The notes under the pieces were generated by a model. It was not told the origin of the DNA, ran no database searches, and saw nothing but the letters and a program-made list of their open reading frames with translations. A stretch of 64,000 bases of DNA from Macrostomum lignano. Its lineage: Eukaryota. The DNA is taken from the NCBI GenBank assembly GCA_002269645.1, contig NIVC01001167.1, positions 186,001-250,000 on the forward strand, in the 5' to 3' direction. Positions 63,938 to 64,000 of the stretch are shown here, piece after piece; within the stretch, counting starts at the first letter, position 1, and every line of letters begins with the position of its first letter. The translations under genes were made by a program, and so were the position numbers.

Positions 63938-64000
63938 CAGTGCTCAGGCCAACAGGAGAGTGCTCAGACTAACAGGAGAGTGCTCAGACTAACAGGAGAG
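63938..64000. repeat. 20-bp repeat (AACAGGAGAGTGCTCAGACT)n, truncated by the window end
   Basis: Direct reading. Confidence 0.85.

Overview
Eukaryotic (animal) genomic DNA with GT-AG introns, GC-rich exons and roughly 45% tandem repeat by my estimate. The style most resembles the flatworm Macrostomum, but this species call is inference only. I reconstructed five complete spliced genes and the tail of a sixth by hand. On the + strand: the last exon of a DEG/ENaC channel (467-601) and a ~23-exon CFAP54 gene (36772-63335). On the - strand, four co-directional genes: P5A-ATPase ATP13A1 (36272-24305), a monoglyceride-lipase-like hydrolase (23288-16546), a non-RD casein kinase 1 (12564-9665) and a divergent PP1-like phosphatase (6823-3049). 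ATP13A1 and CFAP54 are head-to-head, with start codons 500 bp apart. Most striking features: (1) about 30 of 39 introns hold their own, usually unique, tandem array (mostly 16-41 bp units) that often abuts a splice site. (2) Several arrays are chains of sense-strand splice-site motifs (AG|GT, polyY-CAG). (3) All three intronic TTAG arrays lie on the sense strand. (4) A ~160 bp two-hairpin dispersed element occurs four times. (5) The four minus-strand genes may form a trans-spliced operon. Most long ORFs in the supplied track are artefacts of repeats or of antisense reading of GC-rich exons. Repeat boundaries are approximate.
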